Position numbers and translations under genes: made by a program. A stretch of DNA of 64,000 nucleotides, taken from positions 57,846,001-57,910,000 of the forward strand of contig OZ249436.1 of NCBI GenBank assembly GCA_965235115.1, written 5' to 3'. Origin of the DNA: Laetmonice hystrix. Lineage: Eukaryota. Every line of letters begins with the position of its first letter. Position 1 is the stretch's first letter. This document shows, one piece after another, positions 48,901-58,900 of this stretch. The notes beneath the pieces are model-generated. The model saw only the letters and a program-made list of their open reading frames with translations, did no database searches and was not told where the DNA came from.

Positions 48901-51900
48901 ACCGGACCGATATATCCCGGTATAACTCTTCTCTCCAGTCGTCTTGATGCCTTTCCTTAAGTGTTATGGAATGTGGTAATGGTCGACGTGGAATGTCAAG
49001 GAAAACTGGTGTAACCTACTCTACAATGGCCGTAACATCTTTCCCCTTCCCTAGAGTGACCCCTATTGTTTGTTGATTTGTTGGTGGTGTGTAAATGGCT
49101 CTTTCTAATAATTGTTTGAAATGCTATTACAATATTTCTGGAAGTTACCTCTTGCCACATGTTTTTCTCTATTTCATTTTGTTATTTATTTCGGTAATAA
49201 ACGTCAGGTAGGCCTAATCCTCGCGGGATGTTTCCTTTTACTGTCACAGACTGGGGTCAGGACCTAAGTTGGCTCCCAAAATAGTTCTGGCAGAGGTTTA
49301 CACAGTCAGGGCACTGACCCGGGGCCAGTTGGGTGATGGCCATACTTGTATCGTAATAATAGTATGTGGTTGCTCACAGTAAAGTGTTCTGGAGAACGTT
49401 TGAATCGGTGCCTCTAAAAGCTGTGTTTACAGGGCCATAAGGTTGTAGATTGGTTCAGACAGTATTCAGTGAGTGTAGCCTCTTCAGGCATGTAAAAACT
49501 CGTTTGTGAATCTTTCCAATGATATCTCTCTTACTCTACTTGGGGCTATCATTTTATTTTCTGTGATATAAACACGACATACACCAGGTGCGCCTTTTTC
49601 TTGTGAAACATACATAGAACAATATCAACATAGGGTTTTAACGAGTAGGGGTTTCAGCGATATGGTATTATAACGAGGTATCCCCAGAAATAAATAACTA
49701 AAGGTTGGGTTACTGGACACATTTCTTCTATCGCGTATGTCTCCTGAAGTTTGTTTGTGCAGGTTTCTAGTTGTTAAATGGTTTTGTAACGTAGCAAAAT
49801 GTGTCGTATACAGGCTTACCGATCGTGTGTTTTGATACCGGTATTAGGACCTGGGGGTGTTTACGCGTCGGGTCGTCCGACCGGCGACGGAGAGTCTGTT
49901 TCTTGGTTTGTAGGGCCTGCAATTTTTGGTCTGTCGCCGGTCGGACGGTCCGACGCGTTTACTGAAACACAACCCATGGCGTTCACGGAATAATTATGAC
50001 AAAGTTACAAATATCACGAGGAGACACTTTGACATTTGTGTCTTGCTCAGTCACAAAACCATTCGTTCAGGGTTGTAAGCGCCTTTTATCTAGTTTTATT
50101 TACGGTGACCTTGAAGGTAAAGACACGTAAAATGTATTGGTAGAGATCCAAAGTTATGTATGACTTGTGTTCTGCTATTGAGCGCCCCCCCCCCCGCCAA
50201 TTTGGACCGAACATTACGATTTAAAGCCAAATTTTGACAGTTTGAATTTTGGGACACCTTGCACGGTTTCCTTGAGGTTTGGACCTTTTGGATTGAGGGG
50301 AGGGGGTAGCTTAGGGGTAGGATTTTTTCTAAAGATACAGTTAGAAATACTTATTTTAGAGAAAGCCCCCCCCCCCGAAAAAACGGACCTGTAAGAAACC
50401 CAGAACATCGTTAAAATAAAATTCTTGCTCAGCTTTGGAGTGAGCTATTCTTGGTAGGCATAGACCACTTTGAGTCGCACTGAAGTCCTCCCGGGCAAAT
50501 GTACTCAGAGGAGGGCAAAAATCGAGTGGGCAAAGGTCCTGTGACCCTTTCAGCCAATGTTTACGGGTGATTGCCTTTAGAGTGATTTGTATTAATGTTC
50601 GTACTGTTTGAAAACGTTTCAGAGAACCGTCTGACACCGACGGCGGTCGATTTCTCCTTCCCTACCGAACACAATGACAACATCTACTCGGGTTACCTCG
50701 ACGAGGACTACCCACTGACACTGGTGGTACCCACGCTGCCTGGCCATGACTGGTCTAAGGGTGAGAGACCACCCATACCGGAGAACTCCGAGCCGTCAGG
50801 GTTCAAACACCGGCCGCGGGGCTGCGGTGGCCTCGGCTACCTGCCCCGCCAAGCAGCCGTTCAGAGGGGCAGCAGCGGGAGCCTGGCCTCGGCCTCGGCC
50901 TCGGCGTGTAGCGAGCCGCTAACCCCGTCAGATAGCGGCTCCATATCGCAGCTCATGCCGCCTGGAACCGACGATAGAACATTCCAGAACCTCCACGGCA
51001 GCGCTCCTAATGTGGCTGCCCGCGGAACCAGCCCAACCCTGGAGGAGCCGCAGTTCGGCCTCAGACATCATTCCCATCCGTCTTTGTTCTACGCCCCTCT
51101 GTCTGCTTCCGAAGCAGGCGGAGCTACTGCTGCTGCTGCTGCTGCAGCTCTTGCACCGCCGCCCGAACAAGATTATCGCCAGTTATATCATCATCAGCAA
51201 CAACCACAGCATCATAATTATTATTCACCAGAGTCACCGCGTGAGTACTTTCCGACATTACCGCCACCACCAATGAGCATCGGCAGTCCTGTCCAGCCGG
51301 CCATGCCCTTGCAGACATTCAACATCAGTGGTGACGAGGACAGCGACGGGGGTAGCGACCAAGAACTGCTCAATGCCAACACCATTTTCTGCCCCCGTGA
51401 GGACGGCCCGCCGGCCTCCTACCACGAGGTGAACGCCCCCTACGTCACCGGTCCCGACGGCACCGTGCTGGGGCCCGTACCTCATCCACAGTGGTTGGAC
51501 GATGAGTGTGATCTAGAGGTCCAAGACATTGTGCTAGCCTGTTCTCCGGGTGAGCAGCCGCTAGAGGCGGAGACAGAGACTCCGCCAGAGTCAGCTCCTG
51601 AGCTCGGCCTGGGATTAGGCGGGGCTGGAGATGAAGGGGAGGGTTTGCCGCGTCATCTGACTGATGACGTGGATGATTGTAATACTCAGTCTCTATGTGA
51701 TCCGGGACGTATGGCTCCCCAACCCAGGACCTACAGTCAAGGTGGGCTGACAGAAGCCGGCACAGGCCCAGATTTAACGTCGGCGTCGAGCCTAGACAAT
51801 CATGGAAGTTTGTTTTTACCTGCAGATAGGACGTCATGTCCACCAGAACAGGTTGCTGGTGGCGACGCACACGGTTCCAGTGAGGACAATTCTCTGAGCT

Positions 51901-52112
51901 CTGAAGGCAACGTCAGAACGGATGGAGTTGACGGGAACAAAAATACAAGCGAAGGTGGCGATAGCGTATTGTGGGAGCAGAATATAGGTCAACTGAGTGA
52001 GTGTGGAGAGCCGGAGAACCTCATGACGTGTGACGTACCACAGGTTCTTGTTGCCGCGGACAGCAGCACGGACTGCGAGGACGTCACGGCAGACGCAGAG
52101 GAGTACGTATGA
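824..52112 (+). CDS. Cav3 (CACNA1G/H/I-like): T-type voltage-gated calcium channel alpha-1 subunit (Cav3), 5'-partial spliced gene, 27 traced exons plus alternative exons
   Basis: Hand-spliced exons join in frame with GT-AG boundaries. They give S4 segments [30 protein letters not shown] and [16 protein letters not shown], pore loops TQEDW, SKDGW and TGDNW, and Cav3-typical motifs [22 protein letters not shown] and LMRHLEES. Confidence 0.98.
9019..9140 (+). CDS. Cav3: Cav3 exon, IIS1 ([40 protein letters not shown]), 122 bp
   Basis: tttcag acceptor, GTGAGT donor; [21 protein letters not shown] is the Cav3 IIS1 motif. Confidence 0.95.
9788..9890. repeat. Hairpin / short inverted repeat
   Basis: Perfect 22-bp arms at 9802-9823 and 9842-9863; outer arms tggatggtgac and gtcaccaacca. 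Confidence 0.85.
10152..10190. repeat. (CCCCCT)n C-rich simple repeat
   Basis: Read directly from the sequence. Confidence 0.85.
11431..11582 (+). CDS. Cav3: Cav3 exon, IIS2-S3 ([15 protein letters not shown]...[11 protein letters not shown]), 152 bp
   Basis: ttccttccag acceptor, GTGAGT donor; matches part of ORF 11293..11586. Confidence 0.97.
13269..13454 (+). CDS. Cav3: Cav3 exon, IIS4-S5 ([29 protein letters not shown]...FIFIF), 186 bp
   Basis: ttgcag acceptor, GTAAGT donor; S4 voltage-sensor pattern. Confidence 0.97.
14482..14599 (+). CDS. Cav3: Cav3 alternative domain II turret exon, short 12a type ([39 protein letters not shown]), 118 bp
   Basis: cacag acceptor, GTAGTA donor, phase 2-0; paralogous to the exon at 16060. 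Confidence 0.93.
15877..15943. repeat. (CCCCTGC)n 7-mer tandem repeat followed by two CCCCCAGCATTT copies
   Basis: Read directly from the sequence. Confidence 0.9.
16060..16210 (+). CDS. Cav3: Cav3 alternative domain II turret exon, long 12b type ([50 protein letters not shown]), 151 bp
   Basis: gtgcag acceptor, GTAAAT donor, phase 2-0; same start and end motifs as the exon at 14482. Confidence 0.93.
18669..18824 (+). CDS. Cav3: Cav3 exon, domain II pore and S6 ([15 protein letters not shown]...[15 protein letters not shown]), 156 bp
   Basis: ccctttag acceptor, GTAAGA donor; hand translation (not in the ORF track). Confidence 0.97.
21145..21249 (+). CDS. Cav3: Putative Cav3 II-III linker exon, acidic ([35 protein letters not shown]), 105 bp, phase 0-0
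   Basis: ttttcaag acceptor, GTAGAC donor; purine-rich open frame in the correct phase; no homology support visible. Confidence 0.6.
22949..23038 (+). CDS. Cav3: Putative Cav3 II-III linker exon ([30 protein letters not shown]), 90 bp, phase 0-0
   Basis: cccatcag acceptor, GTAATA donor; open frame in the correct phase. Confidence 0.65.
23645..23828 (+). CDS. Cav3: Cav3 II-III linker exon, charged ([25 protein letters not shown]...KNNKEK), 184 bp, phase 0-1
   Basis: cttcag acceptor, GTGAGT donor; needed to bridge phase 0 to the phase-1 exon at 24289. Confidence 0.8.
24289..24551 (+). CDS. Cav3: Cav3 II-III linker exon (KKMLGLPP...[11 protein letters not shown]...SIDKSS), 263 bp
   Basis: cacag acceptor, GTAAGT donor; contains the Cav3-conserved PPxIxHTAATP motif. 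Confidence 0.92.
24867..25087 (+). CDS. Cav3: Cav3 II-III linker exon ([17 protein letters not shown]...[10 protein letters not shown]), 221 bp, phase 0-2
   Basis: aatcttccag acceptor, GTATTG donor; Ser/Arg-rich open frame with compatible phases. Confidence 0.85.
29544..29895 (+). CDS. Cav3: Cav3 II-III linker exon ([19 protein letters not shown]...DADDSK), 352 bp
   Basis: gatttcag acceptor, GTCAGT donor; DCNG motif; lies within ORF 29413..29937. Confidence 0.9.
30173..30385 (+). CDS. Cav3: Cav3 exon, end of II-III linker and IIIS1 (QCPCKFC...[30 protein letters not shown]), 213 bp
   Basis: ttgacag acceptor, GTAAGT donor; IIIS1 motif, read in a different frame from ORF 30075..30386. Confidence 0.96.
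30761..30829 (+). CDS. Cav3: Cav3 exon, IIIS2 ([23 protein letters not shown]), 69 bp
   Basis: ctccaaacag acceptor, GTGAGT donor. Confidence 0.97.
31376..31560 (+). CDS. Cav3: Cav3 exon, IIIS3-S4 ([23 protein letters not shown]...RLLRTLRPL), 185 bp
   Basis: ttttgcag acceptor, GTATGG donor; S4 motif. Confidence 0.97.
31788..32205 (+). repeat. 43-44 bp minisatellite, about 10 units, the last unit overlapping the 3' splice site of exon 32198
   Basis: Unit gatgcttgtgtctgccggttgtagagtgatcactagattttaca repeated in tandem. Confidence 0.95.
32198..32324 (+). CDS. Cav3: Cav3 exon, IIIS4-S5 ([42 protein letters not shown]), 127 bp
   Basis: tttgtag acceptor, GTTAAA donor. Confidence 0.97.
32526..32657 (+). 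CDS. Cav3: Cav3 exon, domain III turret ([23 protein letters not shown]...YNFDNLGQ), 132 bp
   Basis: ttacag acceptor, GTAAGG donor. Confidence 0.97.
33024..33113 (+). CDS. Cav3: Cav3 exon, domain III pore ([30 protein letters not shown]), 90 bp
   Basis: gtccag acceptor, GTACGG donor; SKDGW filter motif. Confidence 0.97.
33526..33718 (+). CDS. Cav3: Cav3 exon, IIIS6 and III-IV linker ([16 protein letters not shown]...[14 protein letters not shown]...KKRR), 193 bp; alternative donor likely at 33737
   Basis: ttcacag acceptor, GTATGG donor at 33719 (phase 1); a second phase-1 donor GTGAAT lies at 33737. Confidence 0.95.
34518..34696 (+). repeat. 32-bp minisatellite, 4 full plus 2 partial units
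   Basis: Unit tacagtgcatgcatggacatgaactaaatcta starts at 34518, 34550, 34582, 34614 and 34646. Confidence 0.95.
37367..37518 (+). CDS. Cav3: Cav3 exon, IVS1 ([18 protein letters not shown]...MEFYMMPE), 152 bp
   Basis: ttctctag acceptor, GTAGGT donor. Confidence 0.97.
38914..39023 (+). CDS. Cav3: Cav3 exon, IVS2 ([36 protein letters not shown]), 110 bp
   Basis: cttacag acceptor, GTAAAG donor. Confidence 0.97.
41781..41863. repeat. 37-bp tandem duplication, about 2.2 copies
   Basis: gccgttgtctaaagattggttatcgaaatacaga at 41781 and 41818; a third start at 41855. Confidence 0.9.
43569..43699 (+). CDS. Cav3: Cav3 exon, IVS3-S4 ([21 protein letters not shown]...[17 protein letters not shown]), 131 bp
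   Basis: cttgtag acceptor, GTAAGT donor. Confidence 0.97.
43881..44030 (+). CDS. Cav3: Cav3 exon, IVS4-S5 ([49 protein letters not shown]), 150 bp
   Basis: tttccttcag acceptor, GTGAGT donor. Confidence 0.97.
44519..44796 (+). CDS. Cav3: Cav3 exon, domain IV turret, pore and S6 ([16 protein letters not shown]...[13 protein letters not shown]...VLMRHLE), 278 bp
   Basis: tctcacag acceptor, GTACGC donor; TGDNW filter motif. Confidence 0.97.
45529..45648 (+). CDS. Cav3: Cav3 exon, proximal C-terminus ([40 protein letters not shown]), 120 bp
   Basis: accactag acceptor, GTAAGT donor; continues HLE-ES and resembles the Cav3 DAELxAEI helix. Confidence 0.93.
46732..46899 (+). CDS. Candidate alternative Cav3 C-terminal exon ([24 protein letters not shown]...ALGAT-stop), or a cassette ending at 46839
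   Basis: T-rich tract plus cctaag acceptor; phase 0 matches the upstream exon; GC-richer open frame; weak donor GTACAC at 46840. Confidence 0.4.
   Translation, partial: DEDAITDEISDNWCDVVRPRLPLSASATQLDTQLDPVHSTAPPDTPGGATALGAT
48102..48246 (+). CDS. Cav3: Cav3 C-terminal exon ([48 protein letters not shown]), 145 bp
   Basis: Long pyrimidine tract with atacag acceptor, GTAAGT donor, phase 0-1; SLP motif typical of Cav3 tails. Confidence 0.88.
48373..48543 (+). repeat. Dispersed repeat, copy 1 (copy 2 at 50061-50233)
   Basis: Shared blocks agagatccaaagttatgtatga and atttggaccgaacattacgatttaaagccaaatt. Confidence 0.85.
49853..49975. mobile_element. Short MITE-like fold-back element
   Basis: About 29-bp GC-rich inverted arms at 49863-49891 and 49930-49958 (3 mismatches), plus partly paired outer ends gggggtgttt and aaacacaaccc. 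Confidence 0.6.
50061..50233 (+). repeat. Dispersed repeat, copy 2
   Basis: Same orientation as 48373-48543 with shared identical blocks. Confidence 0.85.
50623..52112 (+). CDS. Cav3: Cav3 terminal coding exon, long acidic, Pro/Ser-rich tail ending AEEYV-stop
   Basis: gtttcag acceptor in phase 1; lies in the 505-aa ORF 50595..52112; GC-rich coding-like composition. Confidence 0.88.
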
Positions 52113-52412
52113 CGCCAGGACAATGACGTAGTTTGGTTTACCAGTGGTTCGAGGCGACGACTTGTCAGCCTCGCCTGGGCCCAGCGCAGGCCGTCATAGT
52201 GATGTGTGTACGTGTAGCTTGTCCTCTGCTTTGGGCCAGGTCTGGGCTAGGTCTGGACCTGTCAAGCAAAGTACACACGGAGTTCACCTGTGTGAGTAGA
52301 CTATGTCGTTGGTGACTGTGTCTGCGCCAGTCTCGGCGACCAAGTTCTACTGCATGCACGGTGTTGTGCGCAGTTCTGTGCGTGGACTTCTCTTCAATCG
52401 AGAGAGAACGAA

Positions 52413-52477
52413 AATAAAATGCGTCAGAAAAAAGTGAAAAAATGACTTTAAAAAAAACACACAAAAAAATCAATAAA
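52413..52477 (+). terminator. Candidate polyadenylation signals (AATAAA at 52413 and 52472)
   Basis: Two canonical hexamers 300-360 bp after the stop codon; use not demonstrated. Confidence 0.3.
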
Positions 52478-55342
52478 TGCAACTGGATAAAATTCATGTA
52501 CAGAATAATGGTATTGAAGGTTTACAAGAGAAGGATAAGAAGAGTGAGGTTTGGTGATAAAGAGAAGTCGTCAGCACGAATGGCGTCTATGTGATTGGTT
52601 ATCTCTCGATGTAATGTTACAACGAAGTGGAGTCGTGGCTGGGACGCCCGGTGGTGGGCCCGTGACTACGTCCTTGCCGCCCGCGGGGTGTGTGCGTCTT
52701 ACCGCACGCACACATGTTGTGTGCGTCCTAACGTACACATCAGGGCCGGTAGGGCCGGGCATGTGGCTCAAACTTCCGTCATGACGCCCTCTAATGGCAC
52801 GACTCTACTGAGCCAGGCGGACGATCTGTCTTTCACTCCTGTTACCGAGAGTGCTACTGGGATCAGAACGTGTAGGTCCACCTATCAAAGAGGACCGCGG
52901 ATGTGCTTTCATTAATCAAGCCTTAACAAATGGATTATAGAAAAGGTCATCAGTATATAATGGGAAATGAAGCCAATCTTTATTGTGTAAAAAGATGCGC
53001 GACTGTTAATAGATCGTTAACGTTTATAAATGAATATTATAATGTTATATATTATCTATACAGTATGAGGCCTGGGATGCTTTGGTGGGCATTGGGGCAA
53101 GGCTCGTGTCTTGACACTGTACTATACAAACACGTGTATAAATTGCAATTTGAGGATCGTTTTGTCCAAGACAACACTTCGTACTATCTGTAGCGGAGCA
53201 CATCGGGTACACGTCTAGCGTTTAGTAATTGTTGTCACTGTCGGCTTTATTCACCATGTACAATTGAGGATATTTTTGAACTTATGAAGAATATTCTATG
53301 AGACTGTTATGACATTGAATCATTGACCAAAGTTGTTGGCAAGTATTTCTGATAGGCTACTATACTACTACTACTTCTACTATTACTACTACACACGTCT
53401 TGACTCGAGTCCTGCCTTGCTGTCTCAGATCTGGTCCAAATGCAAGAAATCCCTCTCTACGCCCGGGTGGGTTAAGACAAAATCTTTCCCTATTAAGACT
53501 GGGCGAGACCGGGGGCATTCTGTCTGCAGTGGTGCGATTGAAAATTGTACCGGTTCATAACGACCGCGGTCAGTCGAGCGTTCGTAACCTCCGTAGTCAC
53601 CAAACAAAGTTGTCGACACCTTTTAAATGTATACTTAGGCCATTATAAATAACAGAATCATATTGACTATGACTGTTAACGTATGTAGCCACGATGTGAA
53701 AAACGCAACTTTAAATGCAAGCGGGTACTGGTGACAGTCTGAAAAAAAGTCAGACTGGGGTTTTTGTGATACCGTTCAGAGACGTCAATCTACTTCACTC
53801 GTGCACATTAAGTGCCGACTATGTATGCAAACATAAACTGTTATTAAGACACTAAGTAAGGACGGCTTGGAAAGTTTGGGTGGTGGCTTGTCCGTGCCGT
53901 CAGGTGGGACGATAGTGATTGCATGGAGTATCTGGTATAATGACGTGTGCGGCTGCCCTTGTAGGCCGAGTAAAACAGTCTTACGGAACTAAATCTGGCG
54001 TGGTGGTTTGGGCCGGAGATGACCAGTAGTGGTTGCCTGAGTCTAAGTTTATTTATACAATAACGGTACCCTTCCGTTATCCGTTTACGGAATCCGTGCA
54101 TTCCAGTCACTCCTGGCGGCCAGGATGAGAAGCTTGGGACCGGGTGATCTTTGTATGTAGACAAAAAATACAACGTGTCTTTAAAAACACGACTAAATAG
54201 AGGGAAACTCAAGAGGAGCAGGTTATCGAGAGCTGTGAAATTCACTGTATAAATGCTAAGCTACGTTTCGAGAAATTTACAAGTTTTGAAAGTTTGATAT
54301 TACATATATGGACCAACGTATATATATTATATATACACATAAATATATATACATACACACACTATCGAAATCAGCAATGCCTTGACTGTTTTAGCTGCGA
54401 GGTATGAAGTCTAGTGAGGATACTACAAGAGCTCCCTACAATTGGCGCGATGCAGACAGGTGATCGGTTGTGCTAAGGTTCGCGAAGGTTTTGGAGTAGT
54501 TAATCCCTGTGATTGCAGGGTAGGATGCCGACAGGGCTAGACTTTGCAGGTTGAAACGGAAGATGACTAGTAACAATTGATTCACAGCGTAGTTTGGGGC
54601 AAGTGGCACATATGAAACAGATCAATACCAGCTGTAATATAACGGTGAATGGTTAAATAATGATTGTTGACTTTCCACAACTGGTAAATATTGGGTACGT
54701 TATTATCATAGACAAAATATCCCAGTCTAAAACACACTTAGGTGGTCACCAATGTCAAGGGACCATTAGATGCATTGCCGTAGAAAATCACACATCCAAT
54801 TCGTTACTTAATATACAGAGCAGTTTCGGTAGGGTGTTAAGTTACGTTGTTTTTAATTGCGGTTATTGTTACTTACCATCCACTTGTTATTATTGCGTGT
54901 TCGATCCAAAAAAAGTCTGGTTCGGCTCGATGAAGTCCGTTCCGATTCCTTAATTGTACAGCCTTTATTTTTGTATGGCTCTCAAGGCGGGTCGAGCGGG
55001 AAAGGGTGGATCTTGGTACAATCAATTAATGCTGGCGTTACCATTTTAGCTTGGCTGCAGTGTGCTTAGAACGATTCTGATAAATTAACACTTATAAAAA
55101 CTGTGCCAAAGCATTGGAACTCTTAAAAGGGCACGTAAGTTTTAGGTACGTCTATTTCGCCCAACCATCATGTGTGTCCGACATGGTCAAGTTGAAAAAG
55201 GATAAGTTTGTCAATTCTTTGTTTTGACGTTTTTGTGGTGGCTGTGTTTGGAATATTGGATGTATACGTTCAGTGCATGGTATGTTCGTTTTGCTTTGTC
55301 ATGTTTCACATTGGTTGGTGTGGTGTTTGTTGCGTACCCTTT

Positions 55343-55975
55343 TGTAATAACGGTCACTATTGTAATAACTATTACAATAGCGGGCGCGAATGCACAGCAA
55401 CCTCCACCACTATTGTAATAAATTATTACAGTTATAGCCGGCGCGAATGCACGGCAAACTCTACCACTATTGTAATAAATTATTACAATAGCGGGCGCAA
55501 ATGCACGACAAACTCAACCACTATTGTAAAAAATTATACAGCTGCTGTTGCGTCGCTTTATACTGGAGTCTGCGGGAAGGCATGTCAAGAGAATGACCTA
55601 TAAATCTGTTTATATATTTACAGTTTAGCTTTAAGATGATTCATCCCTGCTAGTTTGGTTGTAACAGCAGCTCTATTGAAACAAAAATTCGTTCACTTCA
55701 CATTTAATGTGGACACAGACGCATTCCTCCCAATAATCTGAAACAGCTATGTTTAACAATTTATTACGATAGCGGTTGAGTACATTTATTACAATAGTGG
55801 GTGAGTTTGCCATACATTAACAACCGCTATTGTAGTAATTTATTACAATAGTGGTAGAGTTTGCCGTGCATTCGCACCCGCTATTGTAATAATTTATTAC
55901 AATAGTAGTTGAGTTTGCCGTGCATTTGCGCAATAATTATTAATTATTAGGCCTACAATAGTGACCGTTATTACA
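55343..55975. mobile_element. Fold-back element with modular inverted arms
   Basis: Perfect 22-bp terminal inverted repeat tgtaataacggtcactattgta; about 54-bp subunits on the left (55356, 55409, 55466, 55520) with reverse-complement copies at about 55790-55975. Confidence 0.75.
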
Positions 55976-58900
55976 TGTAATAGCGGTTGCAACAGATGTT
56001 TGGCCATTGGTGTTTAATGAATCATGCGTGGTGTGTAAGGTAGGTCAGTGGTGTGGAATGTATACTGCCTACACGTTGTCGGAGATGTTTCATGTTATCA
56101 GTGAAGATTGGCTCTGTTGAAGAGATACGAATAACGTCCTGCCTACCGATTATATACACGGGCCGGACGCAGTCCGATCTAAGGACGTCACCAAGCGCAA
56201 CTTAAGCATTATCTGTGGCGCACGATGACCGAAAATAGATGCATTTTTACTGTAGTTCAGTATATAATTATATATATATTATATATTCATATATTATGCA
56301 TATTAAAATGCGGTGCTCCTGTCCGCAATTTGAATGATTAGGACGGGTGGACGTGAGGAATGAAGCAACTGTGATGCAAAAGAAACAGCATTTAATCGGC
56401 GACTTTTGACAGGTGGGGTGTGAGGAGGGCGGCGTTAGAACGGTTAACAGTTCCGATGAGGGATATTCCAAGATTCTACGTCGTTCCAGTCCCAGGATGC
56501 ACGTAAAACTAAGACTTGTCCCTGTGTATATAATATATAGATAAGTCGTATTGAAATACAAAGGAAGAGGATCTAACCAAATTCGAAAATTGACGTTTTT
56601 TTTTTATTACGGGAAGATTTTAATTCTAGTTCTTGATGGAGAATTACTGTTAGGACAGATTGATATTGTAAATATCCGACCAGGATACGTAAGGTCGTGA
56701 CATCTCCCGAATATCACCCTTGTCGAGTTTACCGGAGGAGACCAGTATATATATATAATATTATAAGCATTGGTATATTGTAAATTTTAAATCTACATTG
56801 TGCTGATGAACTGGATCTGTGATGTGTAAATGTACATGTACAAAGACACAAATGCGTGTACTGCAATTTTGATGGGTCATACTTCAGTGTTGATACATAT
56901 CATTGTCATCGTGAAGTGTGTGTCGTGTCATGTTGGTGAAACACCTCTGTTTAAATCTGGCTAGTTTTTCAGTCATCATTTGGTTGTGTATTTTAGTATT
57001 TCGTGGACGACTAGATACTATGAAACACGTACATATACACTACGCATATACACAGTTATACATTGCTGTACCCGATTATGATTGGCATTCAACATATAGT
57101 AAACATGGGACATATGATACATGGCCCAATGCAATGATTAGGAAATTGTGTATAGATGATGTGATCAACTGGGGTGGTTGTTGGCCGCCTGCGGGTTGGT
57201 TGTATGGCACGCCGAGTGGATACTAGGTGGTAATATAGAAGTAATTGTATAAAACTCATGAGGGTGTTACAAGATGTTCCAATATTAGTGTTGATGGCGT
57301 TCCGGCCACACTGCAGCCAACATCCTGAGAGAACATGCTTGTCCATTACAAATCTATGTTGGACTCCTCCATGGGTTGGAAGAGTTCGTCAGAAGGTTCA
57401 CACGATGTGAACTGCCCCGTTATTACGGCGTGTTAGCTGCACTCGATTCCTGCCCTCGGAAAACAGCATATGTTTTTTTTTTAAAAAGGTCGATTCTGTC
57501 CGTTCTGCTGTTCATGTATGTTTTTGTCTTCGCAGTTCTGTTGGCTGGCTTTGTGTGCTCATTTTTAATAAAGAAACTGCATAACTAATTTATGGCTATT
57601 TTAGTTGTATCTTAATTCCATTCGTCCGATTTCCGTCTGAAAATATCAAGCGTCGTAACCCGTTTGCGTTTCAACTATGTGCTCAAGAATCAAAGCATGC
57701 ATGCATTCTTTCATTTTTCCATATCACACCTAGAACATTCTCTTTTTATCTCAAATTTGTTGTCTCTATAGTCAGCAATGGTTGTATCTAGGTAACGGTT
57801 GTAAGAACACACGTGATTTGTCTCCTGACTGGCATTAGTCATTTTTAACATAGACGTACATGTATCGATGATGTAAGCGGCCCTATCCGGGGAGTTGGCT
57901 GCGTCATGATTGGTTGTTCCGGGCGTGCGCAGTTAGTTAAGTCACGCCACGTCATCACGCCTCTTGCTCTTACATTGAATACTTAATTTTATTAACCATA
58001 TCCTTATCGATGTTACTTATACAGTCGGCCATTTGTGAATAATTGTTATTCAATGGACATTTGATGTAAAATGGTTTATTGATTCAGATGACCATGGTCA
58101 TGCGAGGTTAATTAGAATTAATTATACGAACGGGAGTCACTCTAATTGTACTTCATGTTGTTGACGGGTTGAAGATTCTCCGTTCATATGGTCATGCACG
58201 ATAATATAAACAAAGGTAGTATTACTGAAAAACAGGTCTACATCTTAACTCCACAGTCAGCTTCCGTATATATGTGTGTCTTTCACTTGGTAGTAGATGG
58301 GAGCGACATAATAGTAGACCACTTGGGTATTTTTATTCTTCTGACACTTAAACACAGCACGTTCACACTACACGCCCCAAAGCACCCAGCTTATTACAGA
58401 CACACATACACTGCACATCTTATAATAGATCAGGGGTTGCCTCTCGGAACCTAGGAACATTTATGTTTATATTTTTGCTAAATTATTTTCATGATCTTGG
58501 TAATAGCTGTAAGTGCTGAGGGTCTTTGTATTTTGATATTGTACAGCGTATGTTTGAACGATTCTACGCCAGTCAATAAAATGTAATGGACATCAGGGAA
58601 GACACATTTATATAAATAAAACTGGAATGAAATCTCTCTGGTGTTGCGTCCTGTTTGCTTCCGTCGGAAAATTTTACACGAACATCGCGAAATCCAAGAT
58701 TTTACATCCTAAGGAAGTTTATCAAAGGACTTATTGGGTAATGAAATACTAGTAATAGTGCCTTCTAAACCTTTGCAAGTCCTGTACAATGAGATGTCGG
58801 AACAATGTTCTGGAGCACTGAACCGAGTCAAGATTTGTCCTTCTATTATGGTAGGACTATAATTACTTTGGGCTGTCATCACGAACCAATGTTCTGCTAA

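Noticed and set aside
55208-55603. 131-aa ORF with repeated TTIVINYY
   Set aside because: Artefact of the 54-bp tandem units of the fold-back element.
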